Source: a virus
DNA length: 64,000 bases
IMG/VR virus record: IMGVR_UViG_3300045911_000062
Span: 1-64,000 of that record
Strand: one strand, 5' to 3'
Part shown: positions 18,360 to 27,999 of the stretch, piece by piece
Layout: each line of letters opens with the position of its first letter
How positions within the stretch are numbered: the first letter of the stretch is position 1
The notes under the pieces: model-generated
The model's input: only the letters and a program-made list of their open reading frames with translations
Told to the model about the DNA's origin: nothing
Database searches by the model: none
Program-made: the position numbers and the translations under genes

Positions 18360-20678
18360 TTAAATTGTACATGAATCACATTCTTCTTTTACTTCTGTAT
18401 GTGTTTCTAAATTTTTAACATTTTCTGAATGGTTTTCGACCATATCAACATCCTTTTGATCATTAGTATTATGATAGTAAAGAGTGCGAATTCCATAATA
18501 ATTACACTTTAATAAATCGCCAAGCAATACAGACATTGGAATTTCTGCATTATCATAATTTGCAGGATTATAACTAAGATTAGTAGATAATGATTGACAT
18601 ATAAATTTTTGCATCACAGCAGCGGTATGAATTATACCGTCCATATTTTTCATTTCCCAAAGCAGGTCATACTTATTTTTTAATCTCCCTATCTCCGGAA
18701 CAACTTGTTTTGATATATTGGATTTATTACCTTTAACAGTTATTAATGATCTTACTGCTTCTTGGCCGTTAGTCGCATTCATTATTTTTGACGAAGATTC
18801 TGCAGGCATATTTGCTAAAATTGTAGCATTTCGTATTCCATACTTCTTGATTTCGCCTCTCAACCACTCCCAATCTAATTTATACGATGGAGTAATTAAT
18901 TTATCAACATTTTTATTATACCTGTCTATAGGTAGTATACCACGAGCATATTTTGTCTTTTCGTGTTCTCTGCACGGACCTTTTAGTTTTGCTAATTCCA
19001 TTGATGCCTTTATGCCGTAAAAAGACAAAGCCTCAAATGTGTCATGTAACAAATGTAAGGCCGCAGTGTCATTAAATCTGACTCCATTTTTAGCCAAATA
19101 GTATGCTAAATTTACAACACCAATTCCTAATGGTCTATAATCTAAAGTTGCTTCTCTGGCGGCTGGAAGCATGTATTCTTGATAGTCCAACAAATTATCA
19201 AGTTTTGATACAGCATTCCACATTATTTTTTCTAAATCATCTAAATTTCTAATGTTTCCTAAATTTATGGCTGAAAGAGTGCATAACGCAACCCTACCAT
19301 TATCGTCATCTACTGAATTTAACTGCTGTGTAGGTAATAATATTTCTGCACATAAATTACTTGTTCTAATTGGTACGTCAAACGGTACATAATTATTGAC
19401 ATTATCAACATTAAAAATATAAATTCTTCCAGTATCCTTTCTTTCCATCATTAATTTTGTAAATAATTCTGAAGCTGGTATTGATAATTTACGAATATTT
19501 TCGTCTTTTTCATATTTTTCGTATAATTCTATAAATTTGTTTTTATCTGCGAAAAATGCTTCACGTAATCCTGGAGTTTCTTTCTCCGAAGGTGAAAAAA
19601 GAGTTATGTTTTCTCCTTTAATAAATTTATTATAAAAATAGTTGTTTATTTGTATTCCATAGTCTAGTTTTCTAACTCTATTATCTTGTGTTCCTTTATT
19701 ATTTTTCAATACCAAAATATCCTGAATCTCTAAGTGCCAGATTGCAGTATAAAGAGTAAGGGAAGCTCCTCTAATTCCTCCTTGAGAACAAGATTTTAGA
19801 GCAGACTCAAACATTCTGTAAAACGGAACTACGCCAGTGTGACGTATTTCCCCGTTACCTACTTTAGATCCCTCGGCTCTTATGGCAGATGCTTCTAAAC
19901 CTATTCCTGCCCGTTTGGATGCATATTTTACTATCGCACCAGTAGAAGCAATAATACTATCTAACGAGTCCCCACATTCTATAAGCACGCAGCTTGAAAA
20001 TTGGCGAGTAGGTGTTCTCACCCCAGCCATTATAGGGGTAGGTAAGCTTATATTCCAATTTGATATGTCATTGTAATAACTTTTTACAGCTTTTAATGAT
20101 TTTTCTCTAGAGCATAAGACTGCGGCCACTAATATGTAAGTAAATTGAGGGGTTTCCAGTGGAACTATTTCATTAAGTGACCTATCTCGAACAGCATATT
20201 TTGTGACATATTCACTTACACCTATATGAGTCATTTCTAAGTCTCTGTCATGGTCTATAAAATTTTCAATTTTATTCCATTCTTCTTCACTATACATTTC
20301 CAAAAGATCTTTAGTATAATATCCATCATTAATCATTCTAACAATAAACGGATATAATTTAGGCGGTTCCATTCCGCCCCATGCCATTTTACGCATATCA
20401 TAATTCAGCAATCTTCCCGCAACGTATTGATAATTGGGACTGTTTTCGGTTATTAAATCAGAAGCAGCTTTAGTTAAAGCTCTATGAATTTCTGTTGTAG
20501 TAATACCATTAAAAAAAGATAAACGTGCCTGCATTACTATGTCAGATACTGAAACACCAGCTATTCCGTCACAAGCTAAATGTACCATTTTATGTATTTT
20601 TTCTATATTAAGATCTTCTGTAGTGCCATTTCTTTTTATGACTTGAATTGAATTAAAATTTGATACATTATCTTTCAT
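18360..20678 (-). CDS. nrdA: Ribonucleotide reductase class Ia, alpha subunit
   Basis: ATP-cone VIKRNG, PTPIM, SSCVL, SNLCAEI, TLYY and C-terminal CDSC. Confidence 0.97.
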   Translation of the reverse strand: MKDNVSNFNSIQVIKRNGTTEDLNIEKIHKMVHLACDGIAGVSVSDIVMQARLSFFNGITTTEIHRALTKAASDLITENSPNYQYVAGRLLNYDMRKMAWGGMEPPKLYPFIVRMINDGYYTKDLLEMYSEEEWNKIENFIDHDRDLEMTHIGVSEYVTKYAVRDRSLNEIVPLETPQFTYILVAAVLCSREKSLKAVKSYYNDISNWNISLPTPIMAGVRTPTRQFSSCVLIECGDSLDSIIASTGAIVKYASKRAGIGLEASAIRAEGSKVGNGEIRHTGVVPFYRMFESALKSCSQGGIRGASLTLYTAIWHLEIQDILVLKNNKGTQDNRVRKLDYGIQINNYFYNKFIKGENITLFSPSEKETPGLREAFFADKNKFIELYEKYEKDENIRKLSIPASELFTKLMMERKDTGRIYIFNVDNVNNYVPFDVPIRTSNLCAEILLPTQQLNSVDDDNGRVALCTLSAINLGNIRNLDDLEKIMWNAVSKLDNLLDYQEYMLPAAREATLDYRPLGIGVVNLAYYLAKNGVRFNDTAALHLLHDTFEALSFYGIKASMELAKLKGPCREHEKTKYARGILPIDRYNKNVDKLITPSYKLDWEWLRGEIKKYGIRNATILANMPAESSSKIMNATNGQEAVRSLITVKGNKSNISKQVVPEIGRLKNKYDLLWEMKNMDGIIHTAAVMQKFICQSLSTNLSYNPANYDNAEIPMSVLLGDLLKCNYYGIRTLYYHNTNDQKDVDMVENHSENVKNLETHTEVKEECDSCTI

Positions 20679-20762
20679 ATTTTTTTCGTCCTTGGCTTCT
20701 AATTTAATGTAGATTTATTTAGATGATTTTGCGAAATTATATATATATTGTAATTTTATCAA

Positions 20763-21305
20763 TTAGTTATAGATTATTTTTTTATAATCTTCAATAGATG
20801 GAAATAATGAACATTTTATAGCATAAAAATATGGTATGTTATATATTAATATCTCTTTTTTGTTTAAGAGTGCTTCACTTAAACTTTCATCAGTATAATC
20901 ATTTTCCAGTATAGTAGTTAATAAACTTACTGCATGTTGTTCTGCTACTATATCCAATATTTCAGCTAATGCATTTTGATACGTCTTTGATGTGTTCTTA
21001 TCATTTTTACTATAAAGAATTTTATAACCATTAATTGGAAAAACATAATAGTTTTCGTGATTAGGCAATATAATTTCATCAACATTGCAAAATATGGCTT
21101 TTGACAAAATTTTTTTTGTTTGATTTTGGAAAGCAGAATTAAATGCACTTTCAAATGAATTATCGTGAATTTTTCTATGTCTGGCTTTAACCTTTATAAA
21201 GCCATCCTTACCGCTTAATAAGGATTTGTATAATGGAATACCATTAGAATTTACAATAAATTCTGAACATTCTTTTTTGATCGTTGGAAACAGCATTTTA
21301 GTCAT
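20763..21305 (-). CDS. Hypothetical phage protein
   Basis: 180-aa ORF with PLYK...IFC...YYVFP-NG...YS. Remote ART-like fold possible but unsupported. Confidence 0.5.
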   Translation of the reverse strand: MTKMLFPTIKKECSEFIVNSNGIPLYKSLLSGKDGFIKVKARHRKIHDNSFESAFNSAFQNQTKKILSKAIFCNVDEIILPNHENYYVFPINGYKILYSKNDKNTSKTYQNALAEILDIVAEQHAVSLLTTILENDYTDESLSEALLNKKEILIYNIPYFYAIKCSLFPSIEDYKKIIYN

Positions 21306-21312
21306 ATAAATA
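21305..21312 (+). promoter_or_regulatory. T4-type late promoter upstream of glycosyltransferase island B
   Basis: Exact TATAAATA 28 nt before ATG 21341. Confidence 0.6.
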
Positions 21313-21340
21313 AATATCGTATTAGAAGCAGCATTATAGC

Positions 21341-21982
21341 ATGATTAGAAAAACACTTCAAGACTTTTATGATAAGGTATCAGGCAGAACAGTTTATGTC
21401 ATTGCCGGTGGGTCAACAGTAAAAACACAAAATTTAAACCTTTTAAATGGAAAATTAGTAGTATGCCTTAACAATTCATATTCTATTTATCCCGATGCAT
21501 TGGCATTATATTGGGCAGATGAAACATGGGTGAATAACCATATAGAAGGTGTAAAAAATCATCCAGCTAAATTTAGATTTCATAGTAAATTCCATGTCTC
21601 TGATAAGTATTTAAATAGTGAAAAACATCTTGGAATTGGAAATTCAACTATATTAAGACGTACTGGTGATAAAGGAATAGATCCAGATTTAAATAATGTT
21701 AGGGGCAACAATAGTGGAGCACATATATTAAATTTATTGTATAATTGTAAAGTTAGAAGAATAATATTATTAGGATATGATATGAAAATTATTGATGGTA
21801 AATCACATTGGCACGGTGGACACAGCTTATCAATAAAACCAGAAGTATACTGCAATCTTTTTATACCTTCAATTCAATCTATGGCAGATTTTTTTAAGCG
21901 TGCAAATATAGAAGTTATAAACACGTCACCAAATACAGATTTAAAATGCTTTCCTAGAATGAAACTTGAGGATGTCGTATGA
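21341..21982 (+). CDS. Maf/DUF115-like (sialyltransferase-like) glycosyltransferase
   Basis: VIAGGSTV, VCLNNS, WAD--W, NNSG-H-LNL, IILLGYDM and HWHG motifs. Confidence 0.65.
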   Translation: MIRKTLQDFYDKVSGRTVYVIAGGSTVKTQNLNLLNGKLVVCLNNSYSIYPDALALYWADETWVNNHIEGVKNHPAKFRFHSKFHVSDKYLNSEKHLGIGNSTILRRTGDKGIDPDLNNVRGNNSGAHILNLLYNCKVRRIILLGYDMKIIDGKSHWHGGHSLSIKPEVYCNLFIPSIQSMADFFKRANIEVINTSPNTDLKCFPRMKLEDVV

Positions 21983-22548
21983 CACAACCTATTATAGTTA
22001 CAGCTTTCAGTTCAAATGAATACTATATTAAATGCGCAGAAAAATTTAAAAAAATGTTTCATAGAAATTGTAACAATTTATTAATTATGGAACAATTTAA
22101 TGATTGTGGAGACTGGCATTCTAATACTAGAAAAAAACCATCAATAATACTAAAAAATCTATGCGAACAAAAACAAACAATTATGTGGATAGATGTTGAT
22201 GCAGAAATATACAATCCTATAGAACTAGATGTTCCAAATGATATTGATATGATGGCTGTTAGGCAAGAGTGGGGACCAAGAAGAACCTGGTGTGTAGGTA
22301 CTATTTTATTTAATTATACACAAAATTCTATAGATTTTTTAACGGAATGGTGTAATGTATGTAATTCAAATAAAGGAACAGATGAAGCTAATCTTGAAAT
22401 TGTTTGGCAAAAGAATTGGAAAAATAAATTAAAAACACAACTATTACCTAGAAAATTTTTTATGGTAAACAAGTTACACGAAAAACAAAAAGATACTGTA
22501 ATACTACACTATTCTTCTGGAAACGCTAGAAAAAAGGAAAAAATATGA
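21979..22548 (+). CDS. Nucleotide-diphospho-sugar transferase (GT-A, GT77/GT34-like)
   Basis: KP-II, WIDVDA (DxD), DE-L and I-H motifs. Confidence 0.7.
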   Translation: MTQPIIVTAFSSNEYYIKCAEKFKKMFHRNCNNLLIMEQFNDCGDWHSNTRKKPSIILKNLCEQKQTIMWIDVDAEIYNPIELDVPNDIDMMAVRQEWGPRRTWCVGTILFNYTQNSIDFLTEWCNVCNSNKGTDEANLEIVWQKNWKNKLKTQLLPRKFFMVNKLHEKQKDTVILHYSSGNARKKEKI

Positions 22549-23219
22549 ACGGAGTGTCTTGGGGAGTTGTAAGTTGTCAACACGACAGTATAGTAATTGT
22601 TTGTAGTGGAAGAAGTTTAAAATCATTTGACATGAATTTATTATCTGGTATTGGACACATTATATGTGTCAATAATTCTTATATTGGTGTTCCCATTTAT
22701 GATGCATGGTTTACCCTCGATCCATGGGGATTGTCTGGTGGACAGTTACCAAAAAAAGGAAATCCAAAATTATACGCAGCAGTTCCACAAGACTTTGGGA
22801 CGCCACACGCAAAAATTCAAAGTCACAGGATAAATGCACCAAAAAATATAACGTATTTACATAGGTTAATATCCCATAATAATCCAACTGTATCAAGTGA
22901 AACTGCTTATAGATTAGGTTTGAGTGAAGACCCCGGTTGTATAAATACTGGCAACTCTGGTTTTGGTGCTCTAAATCTTGCATACCACATGAAACCAAAA
23001 AAAATTTTGATATTAGGCATGGATGGAGATATAGGATATTATTATTCCGGATCAGAAAAGAATAGATCATTGAAATTTTTACCACTAATGATGGAATCTA
23101 CGGTTGATCAGTTAAAAAAAGCAAATATAACAGTAATAAATGGCAGTTTAAACAGTAGTATAACTTGTTTTCAAAAATATACTCCAGAAGAATCAGTAAA
23201 AATATTCAAGGATATTTAA
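22545..23219 (+). CDS. Maf/DUF115-like (sialyltransferase-like) glycosyltransferase, paralogue of 21341..21982
   Basis: IVCSGRSL, ICVNNS, FTLD, NSGFGALNLAY, ILILGMD and VINGS motifs. Confidence 0.65.
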   Translation: MNGVSWGVVSCQHDSIVIVCSGRSLKSFDMNLLSGIGHIICVNNSYIGVPIYDAWFTLDPWGLSGGQLPKKGNPKLYAAVPQDFGTPHAKIQSHRINAPKNITYLHRLISHNNPTVSSETAYRLGLSEDPGCINTGNSGFGALNLAYHMKPKKILILGMDGDIGYYYSGSEKNRSLKFLPLMMESTVDQLKKANITVINGSLNSSITCFQKYTPEESVKIFKDI

Positions 23220-23222
23220 AAA

Positions 23223-24560
23223 ATGCTTGACACTATAATTAAATCTATAAATGACACTAAAGACATAAATGGCAATATAGTTTTTTTCAGAGTGTATAAA
23301 GGTGATATAATTATACGTTTAGCAAAATTGGATATTACAGAAAAGAATTTTTTGATCATACATAATTCTACTGGCTTAGAGCAACCTACCATTTTTGATT
23401 TTGAAAAAGATAATAAGACTTGCTTATACAACAAGGGAAGGTTTTCATTTTCTAGGAAAAATCTTATAAATCGTCTAAATTCTAACATAAAAAACTATAA
23501 AAATAAATTCACAATAAATGATTTTCGTGATATAAAAACTGCAATAAAAAATTTAAAAAATATATCGCCATCTATTTGTGTTATAGATCTAATCCAATAT
23601 GAGCCTACAAAAGAATGTTTAGAGTTTTGTTTTAAAATACTACCAATAAATGGTAATATTATTATAACAAATTACGTTGAAACGAATAATAATCTAAGTT
23701 CAAAAGCCGTTAATGAATTTCTTTATAAAAATAATGACAATATATGTAAAACAATCAATAGTATAGAAAAAACAATAACATTAACAAAAAAAGAAGAATC
23801 TACACAAGACATAATAGAAATATTTCAATACAAAACGGAATCATATAATAATGAATCAGACTTAATACAAACATTTCCATACAAAATGGAAACATATAAA
23901 AATGAACCAGACTTAATAATATCATGTGTGTTGCGTACAGGAGGACCAGTTTATAATTACAACTATGTTAATGCTCTAGCTAATTCTATTAAAAAAAATG
24001 TAAAAATACCACACGAATTTGTATGTCTTACCGACGATCATACCGGATTTAATTCTAATGTGGACTCAATTATAAAATTAAAACACGATTTTAAAAAATG
24101 GTGGTGTAAAATAGAATTATTTAGACCTGATATATTTAAAAACAAAAGAGTATTTTTCTTAGATTTGGACACAGTTATTTTAGAAAATATTGATAATATA
24201 GTTAGTAAGAAATTTAATTTTTGTGGACTAAGAGATTTTTATAAAAATGATACGCTTGGAAGCGGTTTAATGTCATGGACATCAGGCGGTTATCACCATA
24301 TTTATGAAAAATTTTTAAGAAATTCACAAGCAATTATGAATTACACGCCAGAAGGCGATCAACAATGGATCAATCAAAATGTTGATGGCATAACATATTT
24401 TCAAGATGTTTTCGGATCTGAAATTGTTTCTTATAAAAAACATTGTATTAAAAATAAAATATTTAATATGCCTAAAAATGCAAAAATAATATGCTTTCAC
24501 GGAGTACCAAAGCCACATGAAATTAACTATCCACAAATAAGGGATCATTGGCTGCCTTGA
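23223..24560 (+). CDS. Degenerate TylF-like methyltransferase domain fused to a GT-A glycosyltransferase
   Basis: N-domain has GNIVFFRVYKG and IDLIQYEPTK-CLE...GNII (eroded TylF motifs). C-domain has VLRTGG-Y...YV, WWCKIELF, FLDLD, GDQ and CFHG-PKPHE. Confidence 0.7.
   Translation: MLDTIIKSINDTKDINGNIVFFRVYKGDIIIRLAKLDITEKNFLIIHNSTGLEQPTIFDFEKDNKTCLYNKGRFSFSRKNLINRLNSNIKNYKNKFTINDFRDIKTAIKNLKNISPSICVIDLIQYEPTKECLEFCFKILPINGNIIITNYVETNNNLSSKAVNEFLYKNNDNICKTINSIEKTITLTKKEESTQDIIEIFQYKTESYNNESDLIQTFPYKMETYKNEPDLIISCVLRTGGPVYNYNYVNALANSIKKNVKIPHEFVCLTDDHTGFNSNVDSIIKLKHDFKKWWCKIELFRPDIFKNKRVFFLDLDTVILENIDNIVSKKFNFCGLRDFYKNDTLGSGLMSWTSGGYHHIYEKFLRNSQAIMNYTPEGDQQWINQNVDGITYFQDVFGSEIVSYKKHCIKNKIFNMPKNAKIICFHGVPKPHEINYPQIRDHWLP
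23808..23918 (+). repeat. Imperfect 51-bp (17-aa) tandem duplication in the interdomain linker
   Basis: DIIEIFQYKTESYNNES / DLIQTFPYKMETYKNEP / DLI. Confidence 0.85.
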
Positions 24561-24588
24561 ATAAATAAATCTATAAATTAGAATTGTA

Positions 24589-25635
24589 ATGTCAACTATA
24601 AAATATAAATGTAATACATGTAAAAGAGAAGTTGAATTGTTAGAAAATCAAAACGGGTTAACCGTAATTGGTAGATGCGTGTTGACTAATGGTTGCTTTG
24701 GAAAACTGCAACCTATTGCGAGAAACCCATACAATATAAGAGAAACGTATGATTATTATGACAATGACCTTTCTGAATTATATGAATTCAATTCTAGAAA
24801 CAAATTTTTTAACCATCATCAGATTAATAAAAATACAATATGGAGAATTAAACACAATTTAAATAATCATCCATTTGTAGTAGTATTTGTTAATACTGGT
24901 AACGGAATAAAAAAACTAGATAAATCAAACTATTCTATTAATTATATAGATTCTAATAACTTAATTGTTAATTTAGATAATGCATCTGGCGTAGCTCATT
25001 GTATAGCAAGAACTTCACAACATGACATTATAAAATATTCAGAACCAACAGAACAAATGACCCAAGTTACAGTTGGTGGAACATTCACATTTGCTATTCC
25101 AAAATTACTTACAAAAATTGATACTCCCACACCAACACCAACTCCATCGTTGCCATTAGATTTACAATTTATTGGCGATATAGAATTGGAAATAGGGATA
25201 ACAAAGCCTAATGAAGAGGAAGTTATTTGTTTTGAAAAAATACCAACAACCCAGATAGCTTCTCCATGGGTTGGCATAAATGAAATACTCATACGAAACC
25301 GTAGAAATTATTACGTCAAAATGAAAAACATTTTACAATTTACTACTTTCGATAATGCAAATTTAACTTTTTCTGATATACCTGATGGAACAAAAATTCG
25401 ATTCATCAGAATCAATTATGGTACTGGAATACGTCAAAGCATACCGTCACGAGGAGCATTTGTTCTATTAAGTACCTATCCACACAAAATTCATGATAAA
25501 ACGTTAGACAAAATTCTTGATTTAGGTGAAATAGTAGATACACAATATTGGTATATGACATATAATGGGGGAGAAGTTTATATTAATACTAATGCTATCG
25601 AATCCACATATCCGCATATAAGGAAGGTTTCATGA
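24589..25635 (+). CDS. Putative virion structural protein (Cys motif, HNL beta module, TPTPTPTP tract)
   Basis: C-C...C...C N-terminus, WRIKHNL module and a Thr-Pro insert at about 25123-25146. Confidence 0.55.
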   Translation: MSTIKYKCNTCKREVELLENQNGLTVIGRCVLTNGCFGKLQPIARNPYNIRETYDYYDNDLSELYEFNSRNKFFNHHQINKNTIWRIKHNLNNHPFVVVFVNTGNGIKKLDKSNYSINYIDSNNLIVNLDNASGVAHCIARTSQHDIIKYSEPTEQMTQVTVGGTFTFAIPKLLTKIDTPTPTPTPSLPLDLQFIGDIELEIGITKPNEEEVICFEKIPTTQIASPWVGINEILIRNRRNYYVKMKNILQFTTFDNANLTFSDIPDGTKIRFIRINYGTGIRQSIPSRGAFVLLSTYPHKIHDKTLDKILDLGEIVDTQYWYMTYNGGEVYINTNAIESTYPHIRKVS

Positions 25636-26591
25636 TAATAAAAACAAACTTTTCTAACGGATTGATATATTCTTGGGATGGAATAAATAATCCACTAAAA
25701 TATTCTAATGGATATGTTTCTATTAAAAATACAAAAAAATTAATATCTTGTACTATGTCACATGGTATTAGAAATTATTATATAGAGTTAAAAGATAAAA
25801 ATAATGCTTGGCACATCAATTCATCAGAAAAAACTTGGTTATTAGTACAATTAAATAATTTTACAGGTGAATTACAATATATTACCACAACCATAAACCC
25901 AGAAAACAAATTTGGAACAACTCTACCTAATCAAATTAATATAGGAGAAATGTTTTTTAATTTAACAAATAATAGAATGTTTCAATGGAATGGTTACAAT
26001 TGGGTTAATATAATTCAAATAATAGTTGGAACGTGTCAAAATGGTGTTGTTAATATTTCACATACCGGAACTCAAGTAGGATCAACAAAACCTTCATTTT
26101 GTAGCACAATATTACAGTCTAGAAATGGTATTCCACTGAGAATACAAGATGGTGAATATTATTCATTTATGACTCAAATGGATTATAAAGATAATGTTAA
26201 CTCGTGGAAAACTTCTACAAACATACTTTTAAGTAATTCCATATATTACGGAGTCGCCTCTGAAAATATTCCACATCTTTCTTTGTTAAGTATTGATAAT
26301 AACGGTAATATAGTTAAAGCAAATAACATTAATAAAGTAGCATTTGCTATATCTATGGGGAATTTTTCAATCGGTCAGGTAGTAAAATATATAACTCGTG
26401 GTGAAATTGTTGACAATTCTTGGATATTTGGCCCTGATGAAATCAACAAAAATTTATTTTGTGATGAAAACGGTCGGCTTACTACACATCTTGCTAAATC
26501 TAATATCATTCAAAAAATTGGTACAATAATAGGAAGAGATATTATAGATTTTTACCCGCAAGAGCCAATTTATTTAAATCCTAATTTTTAA
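25632..26591 (+). CDS. Putative virion structural/fibre-anchor protein, paralogue of 791..1747
   Basis: Same layout as 791..1747, with A-ENI...G--V-A...G-I-D-W-F...G-LT...QKIG. Confidence 0.55.
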   Translation: MIIKTNFSNGLIYSWDGINNPLKYSNGYVSIKNTKKLISCTMSHGIRNYYIELKDKNNAWHINSSEKTWLLVQLNNFTGELQYITTTINPENKFGTTLPNQINIGEMFFNLTNNRMFQWNGYNWVNIIQIIVGTCQNGVVNISHTGTQVGSTKPSFCSTILQSRNGIPLRIQDGEYYSFMTQMDYKDNVNSWKTSTNILLSNSIYYGVASENIPHLSLLSIDNNGNIVKANNINKVAFAISMGNFSIGQVVKYITRGEIVDNSWIFGPDEINKNLFCDENGRLTTHLAKSNIIQKIGTIIGRDIIDFYPQEPIYLNPNF

Positions 26592-26619
26592 CAATTTACG
26601 TTTTGAATAAAACTTCATA

Positions 26620-26627
26620 TATAAATA
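26620..26627 (+). promoter_or_regulatory. T4-type late promoter TATAAATA
   Basis: Exact consensus 24 nt before ATG 26652. Confidence 0.6.
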
Positions 26628-26651
26628 CTTATTATACTAGAGAAATTTAAA

Positions 26652-27437
26652 ATGAAATTTTACGGTGACATAGAATTAATAAACGGAAAAATTTTAGGTT
26701 TGCATGTAGAAAATGTTGAATCTATTTCTCTTTCAGAAATTGATAGCAATAGGTTATTGTCATTTAACGGTAAATTATATTTTAATAATGGTACTGGTTA
26801 TAAACTAATACAATTCTCAGATACTGATCAAGAATCTCCATTAATAACAACACTTGGTCCATGGATTAACGATGATTTATCATTTAACTCTACGTTATTC
26901 AATGAATTTAATAATGTGTCTGGATTAACATCTGAAAATTCTTTGTTCGATGTTTTGAACCAGCTTGATACTGCTATATCAAATGTGACTCAAAATTCTA
27001 TATCAGATTTACAAGATGTTATGTTAAATAGTCCAGATTTTGGAGATATTTTAATTTTTACTTCAAACACTTTTGTGAATATAAGCTTAGAAAATGCTAT
27101 AAAAAATTATGGAAATCTACGTATAGCATCTTCAATGCAAGACTATGAAACGTCTGGCGTTTTGCTGAACAATGATTTATTATATTGGAATTCCAACACT
27201 AATAAATTTTCAAACAAACGTTGTTTTTATAGATTTTCGTCTCAAACATCTCAAAGTGAATATGTGTTAACACATAATTTAGGAGTGAAATACTGTTTTG
27301 TTGAAATATTTGATAAACTAACAAGTAAAAAGATAAGTTCAAATAATTATGAAGTAAAATATGTTAATGAAAATCAAGTGGAAATAATTTTAAATAACCA
27401 GACTGCTGCGGAAATTATAGTATTCTCTTTATCGTAA
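26652..27437 (+). CDS. Putative fibre protein (L-DV repeat + HNL module)
   Basis: ISDLQDV...GDILIF...F-N fibre-shaft-like repeat and C-terminal THNLG module. Confidence 0.55.
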   Translation: MKFYGDIELINGKILGLHVENVESISLSEIDSNRLLSFNGKLYFNNGTGYKLIQFSDTDQESPLITTLGPWINDDLSFNSTLFNEFNNVSGLTSENSLFDVLNQLDTAISNVTQNSISDLQDVMLNSPDFGDILIFTSNTFVNISLENAIKNYGNLRIASSMQDYETSGVLLNNDLLYWNSNTNKFSNKRCFYRFSSQTSQSEYVLTHNLGVKYCFVEIFDKLTSKKISSNNYEVKYVNENQVEIILNNQTAAEIIVFSLS

Positions 27438-27450
27438 ATATTGAACAAAT

Positions 27451-27741
27451 ATGTTTAACAATTTAAGAAAATTAAAATTTAATAAAAATGATTTATTATA
27501 TAGCGCAGATGCAATATTAGTTTCTAATGACATCATACAATATTCATTCTCATCACCATCTTTAGAATGGGTTATAAATCATAATTATAATACTAAAAAT
27601 GTAATAGTTCAAACATTTGACTCCAATAATGAACAAATAATGCCATCTTCAATTTCAATAAATGAAAATACAATAAACATAACATTTTCTAATCAAGTTT
27701 CAGGATTTGCAAATATTATGTTTATCAATGTAAAATTATAA
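27451..27741 (+). CDS. Small HNL-module structural protein
   Basis: WVINHNY-T-NV-VQ-FD...P--I...N-I-I-F...SG-A. Confidence 0.55.
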   Translation: MFNNLRKLKFNKNDLLYSADAILVSNDIIQYSFSSPSLEWVINHNYNTKNVIVQTFDSNNEQIMPSSISINENTINITFSNQVSGFANIMFINVKL

Positions 27742-27772
27742 AAAAATTAAAAAATTATAAAAACATTATATA

Positions 27773-27997
27773 TTATTTTATATAAAATTTACTAGAGTCT
27801 TTACATTCTACAGAATGTACTTTTCCAGTAATAGAAATGTTAAGTCTTTTTAAATTTTCATGGCTCTCGCATATTTTTTGTGCTTTTTCATAATATTCAG
27901 GGTTTAGTGGATATTTTATTGATATTCCAATAAGAATTCCTAATATTGCTCCCAATAGAAAACTAGATAATATTATATTAATTATTTTTATATTCAT
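27773..27997 (-). CDS. Small membrane protein
   Basis: N-terminal TM helix and a Cys pair. Confidence 0.55.
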   Translation of the reverse strand: MNIKIINIILSSFLLGAILGILIGISIKYPLNPEYYEKAQKICESHENLKRLNISITGKVHSVECKDSSKFYIK

Positions 27998-27999
27998 TA

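Noticed and set aside
20679-20762. NrdR box or sigma70 promoter upstream of nrdA
   Set aside because: Only a weak AT-rich resemblance, and the TTGATA/TATAAT spacing is 15 bp.
20763-21305. ADP-ribosyltransferase call
   Set aside because: Only a vague pattern similarity. The catalytic R-S-E residues cannot be identified.
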